A DNA stretch of 64,000 bases from Lingula anatina (lineage: Eukaryota > Animalia > Brachiopoda): assembly GCA_051362555.1 (NCBI GenBank), contig CM120641.1:4712001-4776000 (forward strand), in the 5' to 3' direction. Below are positions 36,823-55,473 of this stretch, piece by piece. The notes beneath the pieces were generated by a model. It was given only the letters and a program-made list of their open reading frames with translations. It had not been told where the DNA came from and did no database searches. Both the position numbers and the translations under genes were made by a program. Position 1 is the first letter of the stretch. Each line of letters begins with the position of its first letter.

Positions 36823-39800
36823 ATGAGTTACAGTCTTAACTCTTTTCCACTTTACCCGAGTTGCGCAGCGGACTCGGGTCCAATAGAAGCATCGTACCCA
36901 GTCACTCATACAGCGGTAACTGACCGACGGAACAACAATCTCACTGTAAACGGACCGTCTGCCCACCATGCTTTACACATGGCAGCGCCGCCGAAATCTT
37001 CCTTTGCGATAGAAGAACTATTAGGCCTGGGAGAAGAACCCTCTAACCCCCAAGGAATATTTTTAGGGTCCATGGGACCCTCGCACGGCTTTCACAGTCC
37101 CCCGCCGTATTCTTCGGCGACATCCCATTACCTGCCGTGTAGCAGTAGTAGTGGTACCTTCCCTTCCTTACAGTCCTCGCACGGGCAGGTGCCCTCTACG
37201 TGGAGTCACAGCTATGCGTTTGCTTCACCCTCCAGTTTTCCAGCAGCCAACTCACGAGGAGACGACGGGCAGAGATTGCTTGTTCCCAGTCTGAGGCAAC
37301 CTTCGGTCTTTACAGGTATTTTTTTTATATATTTTTTCATCTTTCCATCTGTATTACATATAAAGAAAAAAGTGGTAAAAACAGACTGTGAGAAAAGAGC
37401 CATACTATAGCTGTATCTTCTTATTCGATCATTTCTAATAATTTTAAAGTCAATGCATAATAGGCTCACTTTGCCCTTTTAACCTTTTCGGGCTATTAGA
37501 TTATATTAGTTTAATCAACAACCACTTTGGTGAACTAATTAGCGGTATAATTTGAGAGCTGAGCTTCACCTTTATTAAGAAATTATCAGTAAGCAGACTG
37601 ATTTACAAAACACTAACAGTTTTTTTTTTTTTTTTTTTCATTTTAGCCACGGTATTTTCAGAATAGTTTAATGAGTACAGATTTACATACAGTTTGAAAC
37701 AAAAATTATGTTAATATATGACGTTCACACTTAAAACAGTCTTCTCGTTAAATACGTTAATTTTCATCAACCGTGTCGACAATCGTCAAACTCCCAGAAT
37801 CCTTACCTCAGTGGAAGACAGAATTATTTTGCAAGAAAATTACAACATGATTCCGCTTTTTTATCTAAAAATCAAGAATGCTTATAAATTATGAATATAC
37901 CTCTCGTTTATAGGGAAATGAAATCCGTTGCTTGTTGTTATAAGGGTAACGACTTGTGCATACGAACCAAAAAATAGATTGTAAAAAATCAGATATTTGA
38001 TACAGAAATCTGTTGGAAAAAACTTGAAATAAATGTCCTAAATCTTCGGCTGAAACCTAGAACCTCATGAAATTGCTGTCACTAGTGTTCATTCTCCTTT
38101 CAAGATTTCAGATACTTACTCCACTGAATGTAAATATTAAACAACGAAAGCCTGAAAATTATGATGCAATGTTTTGACAATCAATTTTAGACTCAGTCAT
38201 TAACAGTAAATTTTTTTTGCCAGGAACAGAATTTACCAGGGCCCTTAAGTTTCTTTTGGTATAAATAGAAAATACTCTGCACAACCAAAAATTAGAGAAA
38301 AATGACCTTGCGTCTACTAGGGAACTGTTTCATAAGATTTCATTCAAGAGGCAAATAACGTTAGGCTTATCATAACTGTTTTACAATGACATATGCCAAT
38401 ATGCAGGTTGTGTTCATAGCAAAATTATAATGAACACTTTATTACTAATGTGGTCAAAATAAACAGCATTATAACTTTATGTAATATAATATCACCAATG
38501 CATGAGCACTAAAATTAAATTATTGTCCTTTTTTCTGACTTTTTCTGCGCAGGAGGTTTAAATCATTCAACCTTACAATGGAAAATGCTTAACATATTTT
38601 AATACCAAATACTTCAATATAAATTTCTGATATGTCAGAAAAGCCCTGCAAACGTGAGAATCAACATTATCAGTAGGCCTACATTCAGCTTTATTTCTAT
38701 ATGCGAAATCCTCAGAGAGACTGCAAAAAAATTATTTATTTAATTTCTACAAACCCCTTTCATGGATAGCTACTTATAAGGGTACTGGTTGTTCTCCTTT
38801 GGGTTTATGTATGTGTTGAAAAGTAAATGTGTCAGAGTTGCGTGTTATTTTTCCCACCATGGACCTGCCAGTTTAATCCCAGACGTTTCTAGCCCCAGGT
38901 TTCTGACATGGCGTTCCGGTGGGCATTATGTTGCGGGCATTTTGCGACAGTTAGGGATCATTACCCTTCCAAAATGCACACAATTACCAACCAAATTGTG
39001 CGCAATAATTTACAGATTGAACTATAGAAAGGTGTCACACATAGTTTGAACAACAATTTCTGACCATGTAGCTGAAATTTGTTATTTAACTATTCAAAGC
39101 ACGAATAATATAGGATGTATAACTTAGAAGGCTTATTTTGTAACCATCATATCTAACCTGTACAATTACTGGGAAATTGGAATTCCAATTAACTATGTGA
39201 ACAACAGCCATGTAACGATTTTACGTAAGTAAAACGTAATGACCTTGGTCTCTGTACACTATAATCAATTAATTAGAACAAAAATTAGGGGAGATACCAA
39301 AGTTTACTTCTTGAGAGAACAAAAACAAATGAAAAGACAAAAATACGCACCAATCATATTTAGACTTATCTTTATTTTCAGAACTACTTTGAATGCGAGC
39401 GTCATCGTCTTTTTAAAGGATGATTAATGCAGAGTTTTATCCATAAAAACTATCTGTGAAAATTGTCAAATTATCTCGGATAATTAAAAAACAGATGACC
39501 GAGAAAACTCATTAAATTTAATTAATGTATATTTAGGATATAACATTTCTGCAGTTCAAAAGTAAGTTTGTCTGTTGTTTCTGCAATTATAAATCATTTA
39601 ATTCTAATAAATTGTTTAATTTTAACAGGGCCACCTGAAGGATTCACAGATCCAGGAAACGCGGACAGTCAGAGCGGGAAAAGAAAGAAGAAAAGGCGAC
39701 ACAGGTGAGAGGCCATTTTCATTACAATAGAGTCAATATTCCTAGACAAATATTATGGGAAATGGTTTTGTTGAAATTCCATTGATTGGCATTTGTTTCA

Positions 39801-42800
39801 AAATATTTCACCTATGTTTTAACAATTTCCACATTACTCGATCCGTAACTGTTTAGATAATTGAATCACCAAAATAAGCATTTAGAATATTCTAATAAAA
39901 TTGTATACATAGAAAATCTTCGTAGACGTGTAGATATTCGCGTGATTCAATAATACGAAATACCCCAATTAGTGGTTAGCCGTGATTGCGTAACCTGCCA
40001 ACTTCTTCCATTCACATCGCCTCCCCTGGTCAGTGATCGGCCTGTCTTGACAAGCCATCAATCAAGTCCTAATCATTGCCGATTAACATGGTAGGATGTA
40101 ACTCAAGCCGGAAATTCGCAATGGCACGACACCTCAAGAACAAACAAGCAAATATTATCAGTGAAATATTAATGGGATCAAATGTCTGAATGAGTGATAG
40201 GGACTGCAGAGTGTCCTCCTCGTTCTGTTTGTTTTTATATTCCACTGTCCATAATTCAATTTCATGACATAAGAATCGCGTATTGTACAGACGCTCAGAC
40301 GCTTTGCTACGAGCAATCAGTTTCCTTGTGTACCACAGATAAACCGAAAAGAAATAATAAGAGAAAACACTATAGATTTATGCTAGTCGCTGGTGATCAA
40401 AAAAGGCTGAGCATAACAATTAGTTTTTTATAGAAAGTATATCTGTGATTGTAGCTGACGACTTGTTTTGAGACTACAGTGCTAATCAATTATCGAGTAA
40501 ACAAAACTCTTGGCATACAGTGAGGCGATTAACATTTCCCGCAATTAATAAAGGATTATTTTATAATAAAGAAGGAATGTACCTCTGGCGCGCCTAATTG
40601 ACCCACTGTTGGTTTAAAAATGCATTGATCGAATACCCCGATTGCCAGAGCCTGTTGCAAGCTACAGTATAAATTGCTCACTCGACATCTTTCTTCTTTT
40701 TACATGTATATCAATAAAATGACATTGCTTGGATTTTCTTTTTGTGTTTTCTGTTATTGTAAGGACTTAAATTTCCTTCTACGTTACGTGCAAATAATTA
40801 TTCTCTTTGTATATTCTACAGATAGCATTCAGTAATCTAGAACAATATTTTCCCTCTAAACGTGATATTTAATAATAATACTCCAACAAAAAAACTAATA
40901 CGTCTTTGATTAATTAGTTCTAGAGAGTCCTGACGTCTGTCTAATTATGATAAGATTTGCCGGCTATGTAGTATTAGCTCTCTAATCCCAGTTGGCTGAA
41001 TACCAAAAAAGTTGATCAGCTTGTGAGTTGGCTGAATTTTGAAAATTACTAATCATAATTACACGAAACAGCTAAAATCGTTCCAACTCTGATAATTATC
41101 GCGACAGCGCGGTCTTTTATGCGTCAGATATTAGGCCATTAAATTCGTATTACATTTTGTCATCGTGTCAGCGTTAATGATTTGCGAAGGCCTCGCCTTT
41201 TTTCACATTTAAGAATGAACGAAAGTGCAGGACATATCCAACTTCAGTCAACAAATATTTCCACTGTGATTTCAGTAAGTGCATCTGTCCATTATACAAT
41301 CCCTTCTGGCAAGATGTTGTATGAAGTGCCATTTTTTGTGTGACTTTGGTCTAATAGTCACCTTGTGCGAGTCCTTTTGGTATCTTATTGGCTGAGAAAG
41401 TATAAAAAAGTTTTTTTTTTAACTGTACTGGAAAAACTTGGAAGGTGAAACATTGGATAAATTTAGCATTAATTGTGGTAAAATGGATTGAAAAAAGATT
41501 TGGTATGAAATTGCGTAAAAGGCAAATAAAAATGTGTTCTATAATTATGTATTGAAAATATTCTTTTTAATATTTTAGTCCTTAAAATTCTTTGAATTTT
41601 ATTAAATATTTTTGACTGTCTCGTTTAGAATATTTTGAATCTGTGAACATATTCGTTTTTATTTTAAAAAATGCATGATACGATTTCTTTGGGTCTGTGC
41701 AAGAAACACGTGGATGTCGCAACGAAAAAATGGGAATATAAAGAACGCCCTTTCTATCATGAATTCAGTCTTGGACATAATAACGTCATTATGTTCGACA
41801 TTCAGTCAATGGAAATTTGGTTCTCCCATCTAAAGACGTAGAAATGAACGATGACGGGATTATGATAATGAGGATGAAGGCAGCTGTAAATCAAGACAGT
41901 AAAATTGTGCTTTCCTTCACGGCGATGATAAATTCGAACTCGACATGTGTTCAAATTTTCATATACAAGGTGATCTAATTCCTTTCATCCTCAACATCGC
42001 ACGTCGTATCACGGTCAATATTTGATCATATTTATTGCTTTGTTTCCGGTATATTGCACGAACGCAAACTCTGCGAGTGAATCACAGACGATGGGTGTTT
42101 GCTATCTCTAATTACACAAAGAACATTTCCTATTTTCCCTCCTTCAGATAACTTAGCTAATTAATCCCTTCGCCCATTGTTTTGATAATTCTTAGCGCAT
42201 TATCTCCCCTGCGCAAAAAGCAAACTCAATCCGACATTCTTGGCCGGGCGTTACGTTGCATGGCTGTTGGTATTCTATAGCTATCATGGAATAGCCTACT
42301 CCAGCGTCTCGGATTATGTCGACTTGAGCTTTGAGTATAGATCGCCTGATGCTGGTCACACTGATAAGAATCAGACTGAGGGGTTTTTTTCTGGAAAGAT
42401 TTTCAGTTAGGTTCAGAAAAGATGATAATCCGCAATACATTTTGAAAAAGGATGGGTGAGCACTGTTTACCAGTTAAATCAAAATAAAATTTCAATTTTA
42501 CTTTTCGCTGATAAATGGACTGAGGGGTCTTTCAAAAAATCTTCAGAAGTAACACATGATTAGAAAGCCTCTCAGTCTTTCCAAAGTGACATTTTAAAAC
42601 TACATGCGTAAAACTGATATGAACCATTACATTGTATTTGTGATATTTATTATACTTATGAATTTGTTGCGCTGATTAGACAAAACAGGAGACCTGGTAT
42701 TGCATTCATTATCAGTAATAATCCGTTAGGTAAGAGAGAGAAGAACATGGGGCAGAAATAACTCCATTAAACAAATATCCCTGGGTTTTTCGACAATGTT

Positions 42801-44575
42801 TCCAGTTTTCAGAATTTTTTTCGATTTTTATTAAAAAACGTCACATTCCTGTTCATAACATAGATTGTCAATATCGGTAAGTCCGACCGAAATTCTTTGC
42901 GGTTATCCGCAATAAAGAGCTACCGAGCGTAACTTTGTATTAAATTTTTAACTGCTCATGTTGTTTAATTTTTTTACAAAGAAAGCCTAAACTCGGAATA
43001 TTTTAACGACATTAATTCACGCCCAATACCTTCTAAGGCGGGCACTTCATAGTATTTCTTGTTGCGATTTGAAGTCAACAAAAGCAGTGAGTTCAAAGAC
43101 AAAGCAAAGCAGTTCTCACTGTATCATTCTAAACAACAAATATTTGCATCATTTCAAATAAGCCGCTTCACAAACAGCTTTCTCCTTGTAATACTGCATA
43201 TAACGGCGGATGGGATTTATCAGATTCACCTATTGCAGCTAGAACAGCCCTTCTGTACGATACTCACCTTCTTTAATTTCTTATGTTCTATTCATTTATG
43301 AATCTACCTAACTATTTATTTATTTATTCATGCATTTACTCATTTATTTTTACGTATATCTGAACATTTTCGCAAGTACATACTGACGCGTAAGATAGAA
43401 TATTCATTTATTTGTTCGTTCGTCTGTTTGTTAGTCTGTTCGTTTGCTCATTTAGTATTTACGTGTTGGTTAAAAAAACTATTAAACCTTTTTAGCCAAA
43501 CATCAGTTTATTTGATAAGAAATCATTACGAGTCTGGCGACAATATTTTGTGGTGTACAAAAAGCAGCATATATTGATTTTAACAGAGACATCAACGACC
43601 TCGTTCCATTTGTATTTTAGGACCATTTTCTCCACGCCCCAAGTGGACGAACTAGAGAAAGCGTTTAAGGACGCCCATTATCCAGACGTCTATGCCAGAG
43701 AAGTTTTGTCGCTAAAAACCGATCTTCCAGAAGACAGAATACAGGTGAGGAGGGCATCCTTGATAGAATTTGTGTGGCAGTGTCCTTCGCTTTACAGATT
43801 TCTGAAGATAAAAATAATGATGCGTCTTTTCCCTAATTCCCTAATAATAGCAAGATGTTTCTTTAACTCAACAATATATTTCTCTTTCACAGGTCTGGTT
43901 TCAAAATCGACGCGCAAAATGGCGAAAAACCGAGAAGAAATGGGGCAAAAGCAGTATCATGGCAGAATATGGTCTGTACGGGGCAATGGTGAGACACTCA
44001 CTGCCACTGCCAGAAGCCGTGATCAAATCTGCGGAAGAGGAGGGAGAAAATAACAGCGCCCCCTGGCTGCTAGGTGAGTTTTAATAAGTTTATGTATAGG
44101 GCCACTGTTATTGCTTATTGACCTTGTAAATTTGATACATATAATTGAGTAATTAATAATGTGCAAATTATGCTATCAAAACGTAATCGTAATTTGATTG
44201 TGAACCTAAATTATTATGTTTTTTTTTATTAAACGTCGAAAAAAACTTTTCTTTTGAACATTTTGATTAAACATTGCATTCATTGGAGTTTCCGAGGAAT
44301 ACAGCAGTGTTGTTGAATATTCTTCAGGGATGCACAAAAAATCGGCGGAGGTTAATTCGTCAATGAAAAACGAGGGAGGTGAAAGGCCGGTCTCCATAGC
44401 TGATAAAGACAGTTTTCGAACGGAGAGTATTGCAACACTGCGAGCCAAAGCACAAGAATACTCAGCAAAAGTAGTCCTTGACGCTCGCGTGGAGGACGAT
44501 TCTGAGGGCAATTCGGAAGACAGTAGGGACACTTCACTCGAATCTCAACCGTCTCGAGATGATCTGAATTTATAA
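36823..44575 (+). CDS. Vsx: Visual system homeobox (Vsx/Chx10/ceh-10 family) paralogue B, 5 exons, 373 aa
   Basis: Exons 36823-37315, 39629-39704, 43621-43744, 43893-44073, 44328-44575 (1122 nt, in frame). eh1 [11 protein letters not shown]; homeodomain [59 protein letters not shown]; [27 protein letters not shown]...SAPWLLGMHKKS; [21 protein letters not shown]. Confidence 0.95.
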
Positions 44576-46272
44576 GAAGAAGAATTAATTTTTAGAATTT
44601 TTATCCAAAGTTTATATCTTTGTGGGGATAATCACTGACAGTTGACAACACCAAGACCTGCTAAAATAAAGCACGATATTGTTACTTTTGTAGTAAATGG
44701 AAATATGCATGTATGATCAGCGTGTTCTCGTGGAGCTATCGAGCTCCAAACTCGATGCTGATGCTTATGTTGATGCTCCAATCTCTTTGATATCTTTTAA
44801 TATAGATATCTACTTTTGTCCCCTGTGAATATGTCACGTGGGAAGTTACTTGCATCTGTTAGTTTTAAAAGTGTAATTTTAGGGCAAAGATCATTTTAAC
44901 TCTTTCAACGCAGACTGTCCTAAAGAAATACATGTATAAGTGTAAGACAATGACAATTCCACGCACTACCTCTTTAATTAAGCCTCGGTTGCTTTTTTTT
45001 TTTCATGTTGATCTTGGTGTCTGCAATTCCATCATCCCTCTGTTCAACAACGCAGTCCCCGTTAAAATTAGACATTGAGGTTTCCTAGATTATGCACTAA
45101 TAGTTTTTATCTGCTATGAGCGTATGCTCCAAAAGCGTCGATCGCTGTTTGTCTGTAGCAGACGACCTATTGTTGAATTATTTATACCTGTTTATAAGAT
45201 GTTGTGTAACATAAACCAATATTTATTTATTAAGTTGTGCGTGATGTAGATGTTTCCCTTTGTCACCAAAAGTTTTATCATTGCCATGAAACCATTTGTT
45301 TCGTGCATTTAGAATTATCCAAGCATCAAGTGCCAGCTAATGATATTAGGTAGAGTCACGCCTAGCATTCCAAGGTAATATACCAAGCCCTGTTACCAAC
45401 ACTGAGTCATTTTCAAGTCACGCTACACTGTTAGTCTGTTATAAATTATGTTGATGCTCCATACCAACTTTTGTCACTGAATTTTGATCAATAGGAATTG
45501 TGTAGTATTACGTTTAATGATACTTAAAATTTCTGAAAAAAATATTTTGAGTTTGATAAGGCGAAGGTGGAAGTCAGATTATTACGCATCCCTCTGTTTT
45601 CAAGCGTGATGAATGCGCCCAGTGTCAGTGCAGCTAAAGCAAATCTTCTAAGTAATCGGCAGTGAAATGAAATATTTGTGTAGAACGTTGCAATTGATAA
45701 ACTGGTGTTTTTTCTTGTTTGAATATTCAGTTGTACATAAAGATGTCACTTGATCAGCAAACAGTTAATTATTTTTTGACTTCTAAGAAACGGTTCCTTT
45801 GCCTTAGTTATCTACGTGTATCAAAAAATATGTATGAACTTCATCTTGCCAAACGATACGTAAGTCTACCTCCTTGATTAATTGGAAATACTGTCTATGA
45901 ATAACAGAATAAATATACTTAAAACATATCTTACTATTGCAATGTGATGTGTTTGATTCTTGTGAGGCAGTGACCATTCAAAATTACATCAAGATAAAAA
46001 TCATTCAGGTGAAGAATTATTTTAAAAATTATCCCTATTTGTTCATAAACGAATTCTTTATTGCGTTTTAATACAAGGAAAATGTTAAGAGAGTGGTAGG
46101 CTATTATTCACAGATATTTCTCTGGGCTTATTCTGTACACATTACTATACAGTAAGAATTTTTTGGCAAATAAAGAAAATGACGTCATCACCCACCTGGC
46201 CTCTGGTTGAAAGTAGTGAATGAATTTTACACAGGGCATAGCATTTTAAGTTAGCAAGAAAAAATAGAATAA

Positions 46273-46585
46273 ACTAGAAAAGCACTCAGAAAGCGCGACC
46301 TTCGCCAAGACAAACAATTAATTAATTAACAAATCATCACCAAAATATAATGATTTCTTCCTTTATCCATTTCTGGCCTAGCCTGAAAATTTCGTTATAA
46401 ATTATTTAATTTGTTTATTTCTTAATAGATCATCACCAAAATATAATAATTTCTTCCATTAGCCCTTCGTGACCTATCCTGAAAATTTCATCGAAATCCA
46501 TTCATTACTTTTTTAGCAGTGCTGTACAAAGACAAACCTACTAATGGTTACAAAAAGCATTACCTCCTCCGTTTAAGGAGGTAAT
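46273..46585 (-). mobile_element. HINE-like element, diverged subfamily with a duplicated internal core
   Basis: ACTAGAAAAGCACTCAGAAAGCGCGACCTTCGCCAAG end; two copies of ATCATCACCAAAATATAAT...CCTGAAAATTTC; ATTACCTCC...GGAGGTAAT hairpin head. Confidence 0.7.
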
Positions 46586-47341
46586 ATAACGGCATTGATA
46601 GTAAAAGTAAATTTAGATCGTTTTATTATAGATCTAACGTTAGAAATCCCTGATGCTCTGTAAACCAAAATTTTCTTTCAAAATAATTCTATGATACTGT
46701 GCATAGAGTTACAATAACTTTGATGATTTTTCTGATTTGTTTCGGAAATTTTGGAAAAAAAAATTAGAACCTAAAACAACTATTGGTCTTACCTTGCAAA
46801 GATCAATTAGCTGCGCCACCTAACGACGAAGTAGAAAACTACAGCTGTTTACTTCCGTTTTCCCAAGAACACACAGTGTACCGGTACGTGGGGATGATCG
46901 AGAGGCATTCACAAAAACTGTGTAAACTTAGATATCACTTGTGAGTTATTGAAAGGCCATTTTACTGAAGAAGATTGTATTATTTCTGTGAGTACGTGCG
47001 CCCTTACTTGCTTTGATGGCGAAGTTTAAAGAGAGAGAGAGAGAGTTGGGGGGGGGGGGGGGGTACCGTTTGTTGGGATATAGAGTATGCAGCACTGCCA
47101 CCAGTCAGCAAATCATTGAGTGTTGACTTGTTATTTATTTCCATGCTTCCATTTGCCCATAGCTTTGCAATGTTCCAGTAATAAGAACACGTAAAACACC
47201 ATGTGCATATATTCATTTACTGGTACTGGTCATGGGTAGATTAATTACTACATAGTTGTACATGTACATCATTGTACTGAACTGGTTTAGTATGACAAGT
47301 GTATTAAAGCTTATGTAATGTTTTATAATTTCAGGGCAAAA

Positions 47342-52272
<4,931 letters not shown>

Positions 52273-54037
52273 CTCATTTTCCAAAACAATGAAGAATAGA
52301 TAAAGGGGGTTGTAATTTTATTAATCCAGGGTAAATGATTATTATGCAGTGAACACTAAATTTGTAAGTGTTGTGATCAGAGACAACCAGATCAGACACA
52401 TTGGATAATATATTAATCAGATTTTTTAAAACAAATTTCCAGTTTTTAGCCAAACCATTTATAAATTGGTAATGATAATGAAATATTTGTCATTTCTTAT
52501 GCCAAAGTAATTTGGTCAAAATAGACTGCGGTCAGTTAGAAAAGAAAATTGGAGAAGAGGGTTAACTAACAGAATGAAATTTTAATTTATTAAAATAAAC
52601 AAGACATAAATTGTAGAACCAATTTGATTTCATTATTAGATGCAACATACCTGATCATGATTTTCAAATAATTAGTAGAGGTAACTACAAATACTGTTCA
52701 AATCGAGTAGTAGACAGCTGATGTTCTGGGTACTGTGATATTTTTAACTACACAATTAGTATTGCACTGTGGATAGATAATGTGTATTTTATTGAACAAG
52801 TTTACAAGGTACTATCTTTGAACACGAATGTTAATATTTCTCTTTTGAGAATATCAGTAATGTCCACACAAGAAGAATATCACTTCACAAAGTAATTTGT
52901 AACACAGCAACTATGACACCTGAACAATTGTTAGCCCAGAATTGTTCATTTGACCAAATTTATTTCTCTGTCCACTATAATCTGTGATAAATAAATATTT
53001 ATATTTGTTTTTACAATGGTATTTTACACATTTTTAATGACCAACTTCCAGATCATGTTTTAGTTGAGATAAAGGTGTAATTTAATCTTTCCTCGTTTTG
53101 CTGAAATTTTTGTAATTAGTCATGCAATATACATGACAGGGCTCTGTCAGATTGTATTTTGATAGGTTATATTTACAGTAAATAAAGTAAAATGCTCTTT
53201 TTATGATTAGTGTGGAATTCAGATACCACTGGAGTTCATTCTCTGTAGATGATTTAGAAAGGATTAATCCAATCTGAGACAGAGTGCTACAGTGAAATTA
53301 TAAGTGAAATAAATGTGTACTAAACAGAAGAACAGACTTTTATGTTTTGTTTTGTTTTTTTTCATTAAAATAGCACAAATTTTGTCCTCATCCAACAGTT
53401 TCACAGTGATCAGATATTGTTAGAAAAAAGAAGCTTGTTATGGTTGTGGAGAACTGTCCCTTGTACATCTACATCAAGGGTGCATCTGTATGTAAGTTTT
53501 CTTTGAATTTCGGAAATGAAAATAAATAAGAATAGTGACTTTTATGCACATTTTATTATCAATTTAACTCAAAAGATTCATCTGTCTTTGATTTTTTTTA
53601 CTAACCAGCAGTACTGTTAAGTATAAAATATGCAATTACTTTGCAGAAAAAACATTTCAAGATGAGGGTTCTAATATTTGTTTTATTTAAAAATTAAGAA
53701 AATGTTTTCAGTGTGGATGTTGTCAATTTCAGAATACCAGTTTATTAATGTTTCTTCTAAAAATTTTAACAACACACAATCTGGTCTTACAAAAACTCTT
53801 TTATGTGCCTGCCAATCATTTTTGCTCTGCTCTGAGACTTCACATCCATAATCAAACAATACACATACCTGAAGGGCCATGGAAGAAAAAAAAAAAGCTC
53901 ACGTGATTTCAATTAAGTCCTCTGCAGCAAATAATACAATATTTTTAAAATGTACATTTACAGATTGTACACACTGTCAATTCCCATTCTGCAACCCATT
54001 GCTCCAAGTCCCTATTTAGCATGTTTGTCAAACAAAA

Positions 54038-55473
54038 CTACCAGTCGGTTTCCATCAAGTCCCATAAGTAATTGACAATGAAGAACTGTGAATTCTGCTT
54101 GCTGTTCATAGAAAAGGGCTTCACGTCATGTTTGTTGCATAAATCTGAGTAATTGTTAAGGCTCAAACTACAATTGTCAAAATAGCGATGTAGTAATGTA
54201 AATTAAATGGTCAGTAATGAATGTCTGCAAAGATCTCACTTATGTAAATAAACTAAAATGTGTTGTATATTTTTAAGAAGGGAGTTAGGTCAATCTAAAT
54301 CTCTGGATCGATCTGAACCTCTGGGAATGCACCATTAGTGATTATGATTAATTTAGGTTATAAAGGATACATCCCTTGATTTCATCTGGCTCACAGTCAT
54401 ACTGCCACCGTATATTGCTGATACTGTGGTACAAATTGACATCATGCCTAGGCAGTTAGAAAAAAAATATCATGAGTTAATAAAAGTACTGCATAAACTT
54501 TATCTGACTGAATAAGATATTGTATCTTGTCTTTTCTCTATGAAATGTGCATTTTTTTGCATGACAGTCTGATCTTTAAATTAAATTAAAATAAATGTTA
54601 TAAAATTAAGTGAAAATTAATGCTTACGGTCTCATTTGCATAGATTTTCAGATTCAGTGTATTATTGGGGTAAAATTAGAAAAAATACATTATTATATTA
54701 TTGCCCCGTATCTTTTCAGATCACAGAGAAAAGAATATACCTCAGTTTTGGCAGGGCCTCTGTTGTTTTATGCTTCACTTGTTCTTTCTTTGCCTCCACA
54801 TCTTCCTTCAGATTTTTCATCTGTTCTATGTTCCCCTTTGTGGTCGCCAGCTCCTGGGCCACGTGTGATTTGTGTTGCTGTGCCTGTTCCATCTGTGCTG
54901 CTAATTCCCCCATCCCTTTGTCTAAAGCTTCATCAGACTGGCTGCCTGCAACTAGGGATTCCTCCTCATCAATCATGGTTGATAATGCTGGGGTAGTAAA
55001 AAAAATGATTGGCTATTATTTTATAGATAATTGATTAGAACTCTACTGTTCGTTCAAGATCAAATAATGTTGCTGGGTTTCTTGCAAAAAATAGAAATAC
55101 CTCCAATAGTCATAAAAGGTTGCTTATGATACGTCATTTTATGTGCAACTATTTTTTTAATTTCATTTCATAAATTCATTTTTCATTTGTATGTATTGAA
55201 AGTAAGAGAAAATTGTTTTCAATGATGTAAGAGCAGTAAATTACACAAAAGCTGTAAGAAAAATGGTGGTATGAGAAAGGTTGAAAAAGAAAATATACAA
55301 TAGGCAAAATCACCATGAATATCATTCCTAATTGCTTCCTCCTGGGCTCTTCTTAGCTGGTTGATCTTGTCTACAATTTCTCCAGCAGCCTGTAGTTTTG
55401 TCAGCTCCTCATCTTGGTTCAATACAGTGATTAACTCACTGACAATACTCCTGGCTTCCTCTGTTCCAGGCAT
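54038..55473 (-). CDS. SPC24: Kinetochore protein Spc24 (NDC80 complex), 4 coding exons, 196 aa
   Basis: Exons 55473-55314, 54987-54741, 54447-54371, 54144-54038 (591 nt, in frame). Long coiled coil followed by NLYHSISNIRWQYDCEPDEIKGY...PFSMNSKQNSQFFIVNYLWDLMETDW, matching the Spc24 RWD head. 5' UTR exon donor at 56230. Confidence 0.88.
54279..54333 (-). mobile_element. Harbinger-like MITE terminal fragment in an SPC24 intron
   Basis: Reverse complement GGTGCATTCCCAG...AGATCGATCC...GATTGACCTAACTCCCT matches the left end of 63383-63596. Confidence 0.5.

Noticed and set aside
43550-44053. ORF suggesting a homeodomain truncated after helix 2 (pseudogene)
   Set aside because: A 148-bp GT-AG intron (43745-43892) restores VWFQNRR; the gene is intact.
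53683-53880. 65-aa minus-strand ORF with splice-like CAG|GTATGT downstream of SPC24
   Set aside because: It lies in the presumed SPC24 3' UTR with no recognisable protein features.
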